From the NCBI GenBank assembly GCA_051294905.1, contig CM119371.1:33358001-33422000 (forward strand): DNA of 64,000 nucleotides. The letters are read 5' to 3'. Both the position numbers and the translations under genes were made by a program. Shown here piece after piece: positions 53,422-64,000 of this stretch (position 1 is its first letter; the number at the start of each line of letters is the position of its first letter). The DNA comes from Botryllus schlosseri (Eukaryota). A model generated the notes under the pieces. The model saw only the letters and a list, made by a program, of their open reading frames with translations, did not search any database and was not told the DNA's origin.

Positions 53422-55342
53422 CAGTGGCGGCTCGTGACAATATCGGGTTGTGGGGCAAGGGCTGCAAGCGACTTTTTATTAAGATGACGTCACAATGGCG
53501 TTTTCCAACGTAAACAAGTAACTTAATGATGGTACGGTAACATGAATTTGCCGGCAACAGTGGTTTTAACATATGTGCCACGAGAGGTCCGCCGGTGAGC
53601 TGTGACTTGAAGTGTGGTAACTGCGTAAACGGCGTACCGAACAAAGATTCAACACGTTTCATGTTCGCACTAGACCTGGAAATGACTATACCTCGAGAGA
53701 TAACGTAAGCCTATAACTGGAAAAGTCAACGAGTTCGGACAGATACGCAATCGTTATCTCATAGATTGGGCCTGTCATATTGAATCCAAAACATCATTCT
53801 GAAGAACTAAGAATAGCAGCCTCGGAAATTCGGTCTCGGTACAGCATAAGAGATTTTGGCCTTGAAACTGGAGACTGTAACACGACACATACGGCTTTAT
53901 TACTGTCTATAGGTCTGTTGCGAAATCGCCTTTGGAAAATATATTACCGAATAAATACGTGGATGAAAGCTTTAAACTTAGTACAATGTTACATGACATC
54001 ATCGAGAAGTGGTCTCATGGCTCTTTTCGGTATGGTACACTGTCAAAATTAATGTGAACAGACCAACACCGAATTTTGCGCAAAATTTACTGAGGAATAG
54101 GCTGATCAAGTGATCAGCTGTTAGCCGCCATCGAAAACGAAATAGCTATTGCGCTTGACAGCAGGGGGTTGTGAGCAGATGGCTTGAAGGCCACAATTTC
54201 ACGGTGAAATTGACATTGGAGAATATAATATCAAAGTAAATATTTGAATGCAAACTGAGAATGATATCATCATCTCAGTTAACGTTACCGCAGATACACC
54301 GGCTTTTGCGTGAAATCCGCAATGCGTTGTATGCTAAAGTGTCAGATCGGAGCACATCTCTACCATACTCGACCTTGATAACGAAATTACTGCCCTAATC
54401 ACTGAGTGTCAAGCTTGAGACTTGGCACAGCGTTCGGTACTAAAACCAAGACATACCGTGCAAAAGCTTATGACGGATCTAGGTAAGGAGCATCGTTAAA
54501 ATCAATAGATACCAATACCGGCTTTGCGTATAATCTGTTAGCGATAAATGACGAGTCAGCTCTCACTCGAATTAGGAAACGAAATTACCACTAACACAGT
54601 TCAGTGACGAACTTAAAACTTGGTACAGCGTTCGATACTAACATTAAGACTTACCGTGCCAAATTTCATAACCGATCTCAGTATTGAACATCGTCAAAAT
54701 CAATGGATACCAATACCGGCTTTTGAGTAAAATCTGTTTGCGATACATGACGGATCAGCACACACTCAACTTCGGAAACGGAATTACTACCCTGAACTTT
54801 AAGTAGAAACCCTGAAACTTGGGGCAGTGTTAAATACCACCATCACGACATGACATACCAAGTTTCAAGAGTTTTCATGGTGTGAAACACCATCAAAATC
54901 GACCTATACCAGCAAAGGTCGACTAAACTCATATTACGGTAATCGAGTTCAGATATAGATACGATTGTTACATCACACCTTAGGGGCGACCAGGCATATT
55001 TGCCCCGCTTGCTCGGCTATTTTACGAATAGGAGAGAGTAAATCACCGTTTCTTTATTGTGCGCGGCTTTGAGAGAATAGACAGTAAAAGCTTGTTATGA
55101 GCGCTATCGGAGCATGCCCCGGCTAGGCATTCGCAAAGCGAAAACACGGAAAAGAATTCGATTTTCGCAGAGACTTCGCTATATATGGGCATTTACAAGC
55201 GAAAGGACAAGAAGAATACGATTTTCGCTGTCATTTCGGTATATATAGATTGGTGTGCGTCTATAAATGGTGAAGAATTGTTATTGAACAGAATATTAGG
55301 TGGGGTAATGCCCCAGTTGCCCTATAGGACGAGCCGCCACTG
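53422..55342. mobile_element. Complete non-autonomous hAT (Tip100-like TIR) element, present only in copy B
   Basis: 14-bp TIR CAGTGGCGGCTCGT. Perfect TSD TAAAGTAG. Absent at the equivalent site (~24392-24400). Confidence 0.93.
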
Positions 55343-55551
55343 TAAAGTAGACCAATTAAAACTTGATCGAAAATCAACTGTATCGCTTACTTGCGATGTC
55401 ATATATAGGGTTGGCAAATGCAGAAAGGCTCTGGAAGTCATAGGCTATATTTCATAACATAATAGCTTATCAAACTGACTGTAACATAACCAAATTATCC
55501 TCATCGTTCGAGATGTCTTTACATCTTAATAGAGATCAGATAAAATGATTG

Positions 55552-55835
55552 GGGAAATGAGTGGCGCAGTTGGTTAATCACTTCAGTCACGACACCAATG
55601 GTTGCTGGTTCGAGTCTCGGCTCTGCTATGTTTCTATGTGTCGGAGGTTTATCTGGGCTCCTCTTCGCCGATCGCGCTGTACTTCCAGCGCCTTGAAAAG
55701 CTCAGAGGAAGAGAGAGCCGAACTCCAGAAAGATGGCAAAAAAAGACCAGGTTGCGGGCGCATGAAAATCGAACGAGACCGATGGTGGAAGCGCGCGACC
55801 GCGCGTGCATGGACGCCGTCCTTGATAGTTGAAGA
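55552..55835 (+). mobile_element. tRNA-derived SINE with LINE-like 3' part
   Basis: Pol III A box TGGCGCAGTTGG (55562-55573) and B box GGTTCGAGTCT (55607-55617). No convincing cloverleaf. 3' part translates ERDRWWK, resembling RTE-type ORF ends. Confidence 0.6.
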
Positions 55836-58800
55836 AAATCGAACGAGCAAAACTAGTGCCAACGTGCCAAACTCGAAATTCTGGTGCCAACTAACGTGAA
55901 AATGTGCCAATATTCATAAATTTGGCCCCGATATGCGCCAATTTGCAACACTGGATACTTCGCAACGACACACTAAGGAGCAGTATTAACAGAAAGTGTT
56001 CGTGCTTGCTGGCTCACGCGGAAACAGCTGATATTTGATTAATTATGATGTAACAACAGCGGTGTATCCATTGAGAATAAACGACCGTCAATGACCGGAT
56101 GGTACGAGGTTGGTAGAGTTCATAAACAAGTGAAATAGGTGTAATAGGAGGCAAATTTACGGGACTTGAAATTCATTTCAGGTATCGCAGGCTGGAATGT
56201 ATTGAGCCACTTTTCTATCATCGTCGATCTCACATAAATTGAACTGAGCAATAAACCAAGCACATATTGAATCATTATTTGACTGAAAGTTCTATCGTTT
56301 TCGCCCCCTATCGCCCCCTTGTCCCTTTCGCCCCCCTATCGCCCCCATCGTTATTTTCGCCCGCTGGATCACCAAATCGCCCCCTGGGAGGCGGTATCGC
56401 CCACGCTGGGCACCACTGCCATGAACCATATATTCCTTAATTGCGATTGTTCTATTTTTCCAATGCAAAATACCCCACATACCAAATTACCTGGAAAGCT
56501 GGATGAGCCTGACTAACAGGACCGTGTAGCAGCACTTCGTCAGCCACCGGAAACGTTGGTTTCGCCCCCCTCCCATAGGACGATAAACCGAAGTATTCTT
56601 TTATTGGCATATAATTTTTTTCCACGGGGTAGCACTTGTCCTGTCGGGTTCAGATAGCCAGAAAGGCAACATTCAACGCCAACCGTTGATGCGCATATGG
56701 ACCATTGAACGTATATGTATAGTATATATATATCGAAGTTTTCGGTGAGAACAAGGGCATTCCTTTTCGGCCAAGGTCGTCTATCTGCTGATCGTTCTGG
56801 CACACTTCTCGGAGTCGCATGTTACATGGCCTATAACTTCATATGTGTCGGTGCGTCGTGGCGCAGTAATCTCCGACGCCGAAGTATCCATTTCCTAAAA
56901 TCTTTCGTATTTATGTTGGGGTAAGGGTACCCCGAAACCAAGAGATATGACTAGGCTATATTAAATCACGCACAGTGCCAAAATTCTTTGAAAAAGTCAA
57001 GTTCGCGTTCGAGTCCGCCTCTTCCAATTTGGAATTGGGGGAGCGGCAGTTACGGTCCTGACTCCAATATAGCCGTTTTAACGCGCCGTCGCCCCTATCG
57101 CCCCCATCGTTCGTTTTCGCCCCCCAGCCCTATCGCCCCCTAGACCGCCAAATCGCCCTCTGTGGGCGATATCGCCCACGTTGGGAACCACTGCATTGAG
57201 ACATATGCCATAAAACCTTGACCCAAAATGACCGTTGCTAGTTGGCCAAAGTCTTCAATATTGATATGTCCGGTTTAGAAATGGTCGGCACCGAATATAT
57301 CGTCTCGTCCTTGCAATCTTGTCCCGGTACTAGAAAATTGGCCAACAGAGAAAAATATTGCATACCGATTTTAAGTTGCGCACGCTATACATGTTTCACA
57401 GAGCTGCGACTTGGTGTCCGCGCCTTTGTATTCCATGCATGCCAGTAAATACGTAACACACTGACATTAAATGCAATCATGTGGAGGCGTGAGGCTCGGG
57501 TTACGAGAGATTTGAGTCGGTCCAGAAAGTTTGAGAACCCGAGTCATACGAGGGGACGGTGTCTTGTGACGTCACAATCAACCCGCAGCGGTGACGTCAT
57601 AGTCACATTAGAACGCACTTTACTCCATGTCGCCGGTGTACGTCAGAGATGAGCATGGATTAGGATTAGGTTTTGAAAAAACAGGATTTGTGAAATTTTG
57701 CGGATTTGGATTAGAAATTTTTTTCAGAACGGATTAGGATTTGCATTGGATTTACCAATTTTCTGGCGGATTGAAATGTCGTGGGGCGAATGGCGACAAA
57801 CTTTATTCAGATCAGTTATTGATGTACTTAAGGTTACTAAGTTATCTTGAATCAAGTGAATCGTTGGTTGTGAAAGAAAATTTTCGAATCCCTCCATTGC
57901 ATAAATTGGTATTTTTTCTGAATTTCCAGTTGGAATCGGATTAGGATTGGACATGGACTTGAATATGAAAAAGTTATGGATTAGGATTTAGATTTGGATT
58001 TGAAGGTTCGGATTTGGATTGGATTAGGACATAGAAATTTCAAATCCGCTCATCTCTGGTGTACGTACGTACAGTAGGGATATCTAGATATGATCCTGTT
58101 TCAGGAAATAGACCACCCTACATGTTAGCGTAAGGATTGTGTATTTCCACCCATGTAACAACCCTGATATACGGGTGTCAATATACCCCCATAGCACACG
58201 AAACAAGAGCCTAACTCACACTCGAGTACAGCATTCTATTTCAAATGATGCATTCGCGTATGTGCTTAGGAAGGTATGCACGTAGGCACGTAGGATTTAT
58301 GACCGCGATGTAATTCTGTGTAAGGTTATGTCTCCGGCCCTTTGGATGTGAATACGCTTAGAGTGTATAGTTTTATGGGTTTAAAAACGAACGAAGTTGA
58401 ATTTAGATAGTAAAGTCAATCTCATCATCAAAATACTGGCACAGTCGGAACTTTTTTATCGAGTACAACTGATATTGACGCGCCTGGAGTCATGGCTTGA
58501 ATCGATTACCATTTTCTGAATGACCTGACTTGAATCCACTGAATCCAATTCACTCCACTGAAATGAATTAACTTGACTTGACTTGACTTTCACAGGCACT
58601 AAAATATCATTAAATCCAAGACTAAATATATTCAATCAGATGGATAAGAAGGGAAGTTTTTCTATCTTGACAATTTCTAAGAAATCTGATTACGATTTAA
58701 TATTTTCTCAACAAAAAGTTCTCTTTCACATAAACATGTAATCGGCTCTGCCTCTATAGCATAAAGCTTGCATCCATCCTGCATTGTTTTCTCAATGAAC

Positions 58801-61800
58801 ATTACTTTCACGGAATTATGCCACTTTGGATAGCGCATACCTTATTTTCAGCATTATCATTCCATTATACGCATAGAAAAGTATATTACAGCAGACAAGA
58901 TTCATTTAGACACCGAGTGACGTATTGTACTACCACGGAAGGATCCAGGTTAAAACCAATCATACCTGACTATCGAAACATAAACTTCTCAACCTCTCTC
59001 ATATTGGAAGACTTATGGTTAGCTATCAAGGTTACAAAATATTCCAAAGACTAGTGAATTAGACAGCGAATACAAGCCGCGCACAATATGTGCAATATTG
59101 TCCACACCGACTTGCACAAATTACTGGATTTCCAAAAAGCGCAACTACAATTACTACTACAACTAATCAATTTTGGAAACTAGCAACTAGAACTAAATAT
59201 AGAACTACTCACTTTTCAAACCACGCAACCATACTAGAACTAGAACTAATCTCTTTTCGAAGCCCGTAGCTAGAACTAGATCTAGCTAGAACTAACGACC
59301 TTGCAAAATTAATCGACCGCAGAATATAGAGCAAAATTTTGACTTGACCCTCGAACCTATTCACTGCTTCTCATTTTCTGAAAAATAATTTCATTTTACT
59401 AAGAAACACATTGATTTTTATTTTATCGGGAATATTATACACAGAATCGTCATTTCAAGAGGAAGTGTTTCGAGTTTGAAATAGGAGAGATTTCGACCCC
59501 CAAACCTCACCCGTTGGCTACGCCACTGTTAGCAGTGATGGCTGTGAGCGACCAATGGCTGCATCAACATCATTCAACAGAACGCCGGTATCTCGAATCG
59601 CGCAAAACAACAACACGTGTATTCTAGTTATCCGGCAACTAATATTTCTTCAAATGTGAAACCAGAACTAGATCTATAGAACTACTCTTTTTTCAAAATT
59701 CGAAACTAGAACTAGAACTAGAAGTACTCAAAACACCGTTAGTTATAGTTGAACGGCAACAAACTAAATGAGTAGTGTGTACTCTGATTCAACAGTTTAA
59801 CCATGACTTAACCCTCCACTCCAGTAGTCATATAAAAAAATGAACAAATACGAATCCAGGCTGCTTCCTAAATTAAATTCGAGTAGATTTCATAGTCGAA
59901 ATACCGGTACGCTATATGATCTTTTTTTTCTAGCGACACATGATATTGACATGATTTTTGATAAATAATGTTCTTTCAAATTTTACACTGGTTTCTGAAG
60001 ATTATCCCTGGCGCGTGTGCCATTATGTGTATGGTAATTTTAGAAGATGTCAGGTAAAATGGCCATGTTTCATCATAGGATACGTATCAGAATATAATTA
60101 GCACACTTTCCCGATTCCATAAATAAGATTCTATAATCGTAATCGCGCTATCTTCCCAATGTAAAATATACCGCAGAGCAAGCTATCTGGAAAGCAGGGT
60201 TAGCCTGACTAATGCTGACTATGAGCTTCCCATAATACTCACGTTCAGATAGACTACCGATATCGTCGCTAATACCGTTAACATGCATAGCGAGCTTTTT
60301 CATCGATTTTGCAAGTCCCGCGACGATGCATGAAACAGACCGAAGCCGGATGTAATTTAATGCTAAATCCCCATGCACGAATCGCGTGAACGCGCTGCGC
60401 GTATACAGCTGTGAAAATGCTGATAAATCAATGGCCAGTTTCCTTAACACTGAATACTATTAAAAGTGATCTACGTGTGGCGATCAACCATTTTTAAAGT
60501 GATCTCTTTATATTGTGCTGTGCCTACAATTGTTGCAACTTACTTTTATTCCCAAGTATATGACCAGAGATTCATATTAAAATCGAAAAAGTACTTTGGA
60601 CTTTGTCCTGATTGCCTTTAAATTAATATTGCAAACAGTATATATATATAAATTCAATAGCATAAACATTAAATATCCAACCGTTTTCTCTTGACATACT
60701 AAATCACATGATCCAACATGCACTCATTGGTTATTATTTCAGCTGTACTAAAATAACTATAATTTATAATATAACGTTTCAGATCTGTACTCTGCCGTAC
60801 ATAGGCTACTGCTACTCGAAACAGTGCATTAAATAATGCTCGGAGATAGGGCTACCAACATTGTCCACACAAGCTGGAATCAGTAGATAAAATCTTATGT
60901 AGGTGATAATTGAGTCGACAATACCCTGATCTCAATCAAAACAGTTTCAAAGTAATATTCATAGAATGTACAATGTACAAGATGGATAGTAGTGTCTCGA
61001 TGATTTCATATCATCGCATGTCATAGTGAGGTATCTGAAAGCCAACGTCGTCTTCTAGAAATTCCTTTGTACCAATATTCAAACGAACGTTTTAGCAGTG
61101 AATTTCACATCCACCGCCGGTGACTTCCACGCCATAACCCGAGTCTGCAAAAAGTAGCTAGTATGGGAAACTTCATACATGCTCAAAATTGGTCAGTATC
61201 AGAACGCAGACATTCAGGAAAGACACATTATAACAGCGCTTTTTAACCTTTTGGGAAACCGATTCGCCTTTTTTTTGATAACGAATTTCATTAGCTCACA
61301 CAATCAAAAATTGTTATACTTTGCCCGATGTCTTGGGAAATAAGCTCTAACACGATCACGGAGAGAGGCACATTAGAGCTCACTACCTTATGATACGTTT
61401 CTCAGAATTGCGTTCTGTTTTTATTTTTCGATTTCCCATTTTCTGTCTCGCGAGTTAATGGGAAGAGCAAAGATCTCTCACTTGAAACGTAATAATAGTT
61501 TGGAAACCTTCAATAACCAGCAACCAGCTTCTTGGAACACGAGAAAAATCAGAGATTTTGTGGCATCTCCTGACTCGAGCCTCACACATGAAAAAGAATG
61601 CATTTTTAATATTACAGTAGTATGCCCCGATTTTAAGGACATGCACGACATAGGATATCGAAGGTGCAGACCACAATTGTACGCAACACGAAACATGTCT
61701 GACGCACGCGATTTCAAATGGGAGTGATTTAAATTCCTCTGCTCGTTGCATTTGTACTACTGTCCACCCAGATTGCAAGAACAGGACTATTCGGTGCCGA

Positions 61801-62647
61801 ACGCCGACAACGGAGCGTATCCATTTTGAAAGGCTTGGCCATCCAGCGATGGTCATTTTTGGCCGAGCTTTTGTCGCCGCTGATGCTTTTGGCACCGTAT
61901 TTTATCAGCGGTATGTTGGCCAAACTTTACATCTTCAGGTGCCCCGACAATCCGGTGTAGAAGGGTTTGGCCTCGAATCCTATCATGAATTCAAAGCAAA
62001 GGTCGCAGATTCTCATGAGCAAGTCATATTTTTGCGTGTCTCGCTTATTGGATATAGTATGCAACAACAGTGACCCTGGATATATGTAAAAACCATCGCC
62101 GAATTTTTTGCAATAAATTCAAAAAATACTACATACATATCAACAGATAGTTCTGGCAACGTGTCGACCTATCATCATATACTCTTTGCGGCCAATACTT
62201 TAATAACCCTTGAAGGGCTGAGAATTTGCAATGGAGTAACTTGCAAATGTGAGTCTGCAATGTTGGTACTAATCAATGAGCACTTACATTGCTGTGCAAG
62301 TTATTCGTCTCAGGTACATTGACAGTAATATTTACAACAATTTCATGGGGTTGGCAGCAGTGGCGTAGCAGCAGGTGCTGTCGCCCATGGCTTTTCTTGA
62401 AAATTCCGCCGCATAAGCACACCGCAGCAAATTTCGACATAGTTTCCTGTCCGAGCACTCTTTTCGATAAAAATAATTACAAATAATATGCCGCGTATCA
62501 GAAGTTCGGAACACATATAGTATTCGCCTGGTTTCCCGGCACATGTGCAACACGTCCCATTTCATGTTTCCCCATGAAATAATCGATTTCTTTCATGTGA
62601 AACACTAACATGAATCCCCCTTTTTTTAAATCAATTATTCTCTCGTA

Positions 62648-64000
62648 TTAAGTGCACGCCTGCTTATTCAGCATATTTCTAGTGACGCGTTTTAGGTTTT
62701 GTCCAACTGAATACCTCGTGCAGTCCAATCCCTGAAAGTTCAACACAACTATTTTGTGAACACAGAAGCGATCATCCCGCGATATTTTCAATCTCCCAAT
62801 TGCACTAATTTCACCGGTATTGGTCTTGTACACAGCACGACATCGGGATATGGAGAATGTAGCAATTTCAGTCTTCAGGTCCGCCGTATTCATGCTGATA
62901 ACAATCTTCCGGCCTAGCGTCTTTGTCGTATTTGACTTGCTAGGATGAACAAACTTTCTGTTCATCATTTTGATCCCCTCGTTCATGAGAACTTTTGCGT
63001 TCGATTCAGTCGCCATGTGACACAACATGCCGTCACCTCCGTACACCCAGTAGCGGGGAATCGATCCTTTCGTATGTCCGTGTGTCCCGGCCAAACCGTA
63101 GTTCGTGACTACAGCCCTATCGCAACTTATCATGACGTCTTTTATTTCGGTCATTTCAACAATTGATTTCAGTTTGCCTTGTACAATCGCATGTATGTTT
63201 TCCCATTGGTGGTATCCATTTGTCGAGTCTTGGCACTCTGCGTGCCGGTAATGGTACATCAATGTTCGTTGCACCCCTTCTTGTTGATATTCACTCAAAA
63301 TATGGGTTACTTCTTCCTTTTTCGGATTAGCAGCACGGGGATCGTCATCTCCTACTGCCATTCCTATCCAATAGGATCGGGACAATCCATCTGACGCGAA
63401 TACTTGCATCGTGCTGAGATGAATCACTTCCTTTATTTTAAACCTAACTCGTAAGAGAAGTAAGTTACCTTCGGCCGTCTTTGTGCTGAGAGAAATGTAG
63501 GCCTCCATAGCTATTGTATTTTTTCTATCAGCCTGGCCATGTTTTTTTATGTGCTGCTGGTACTTCTCCGTTATTGGTTTCACCGCGAATGACTCCATAT
63601 TTGCTGACCACATGGTTACAGATTCTTGTAAATACTTGGTATGGCTTTCCCCTTTCACATTAGAGGGGCCAGAGACAAATGGCTTAAGTGATGGGTCTTT
63701 TAGTTCGCTGTCGTACTTGTACTTCATAGATTGGGGCGCGCTAAGATGACATCGCAGATCTTCCAGCTCAGTCACAAAAGGTTTGTAGACCTCTGGCCAT
63801 ACGTTGTCGGCAATAATGATATTTTCTGGCGTAGCTGAATCAAGGGGCTTATATAGCCATTTTGCTAGCTCTACTGATTGTGCGCACAGGAGCTCAACTT
63901 CAGTTTTTACCTCAGGACTGGTTCCCTCTTGTAAGACGTACGTGATTACCGGACCGTTTACCTTTCTGTTTGGCTTATGCGGTAATCGGGGTTCTGGTGT
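62648..64000 (-). CDS. Uncharacterised intronless ORF, at least 450 aa, 5'-incomplete; candidate endogenous viral element (possible RNA-virus polymerase C-terminus)
   Basis: The frame stays open from the window edge (TPEPRLPHKPNRKVNGPVITYVLQEG...VWPEVYKPFVTELEDLRC...) to TAA at 62650-62648. Non-repetitive, protein-like composition. No counterpart in copy A. Confidence refers to coding status; the viral identity is much less certain. Confidence 0.75.
   Translation of the reverse strand, partial: TPEPRLPHKPNRKVNGPVITYVLQEGTSPEVKTEVELLCAQSVELAKWLYKPLDSATPENIIIADNVWPEVYKPFVTELEDLRCHLSAPQSMKYKYDSELKDPSLKPFVSGPSNVKGESHTKYLQESVTMWSANMESFAVKPITEKYQQHIKKHGQADRKNTIAMEAYISLSTKTAEGNLLLLRVRFKIKEVIHLSTMQVFASDGLSRSYWIGMAVGDDDPRAANPKKEEVTHILSEYQQEGVQRTLMYHYRHAECQDSTNGYHQWENIHAIVQGKLKSIVEMTEIKDVMISCDRAVVTNYGLAGTHGHTKGSIPRYWVYGGDGMLCHMATESNAKVLMNEGIKMMNRKFVHPSKSNTTKTLGRKIVISMNTADLKTEIATFSISRCRAVYKTNTGEISAIGRLKISRDDRFCVHKIVVLNFQGLDCTRYSVGQNLKRVTRNMLNKQACT

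Larger units (their letters stand above)
38468..62507 (+). repeat. Segmental duplication copy B
   Basis: Colinear with 8983-32658. Homology ends at ...ccgcgtatcagaag[c/t]tc. Confidence 0.95.

Noticed and set aside
55552..55630. Functional tRNA gene
   Set aside because: A and B boxes are present, but no convincing acceptor or anticodon stems; it continues into a SINE-like body.
61455..61895. 146-aa minus-strand ORF as a gene
   Set aside because: Not preserved in the paralogues at ~31500-31950 or ~4400-4700; codon-like conservation is on the plus strand.
62520..62545. Helitron 3' end (GC hairpin plus CTRR)
   Set aside because: The hairpin is weak, the downstream motif is CTAT rather than CTRR, and no Rep/helicase motifs are visible in the adjacent ORF.

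Overview
Eukaryotic (probably invertebrate metazoan), AT-rich, repeat-dense genomic DNA. No prokaryotic genes, rRNA or CRISPR were seen. (1) Three tandem C2H2 zinc-finger ORFs of one family with atypical [TA]G[IV]K[NK]H linkers: 671-1915 (+), 17340-18608 (-) and 45265-46533 (-). (2) A ~24-kb direct segmental duplication (A 8983-32658; B 38468-62507). Both copies start exactly at a hAT terminal inverted repeat (TIR), and they differ by several TSD-flanked insertions. (3) Many nested non-autonomous hAT elements/MITEs with 8-bp target-site duplications (TSDs), three distinct hAT transposase C-terminal relics, a truncated LINE 3' end and a tRNA-derived SINE. (4) A previously unflagged family of decayed, apparently intronless membrane-protein (7TM/GPCR-like) relics interleaved with the zinc-finger genes. 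(5) An uninterrupted ORF of at least 450 aa running off the right edge on the minus strand. It lies exactly where copy B stops matching copy A and is followed by an A7 tract and hairpins; it is a candidate endogenous RNA-virus element, but its identity is unproven. All alignments and translations outside the supplied ORF track were done by eye.
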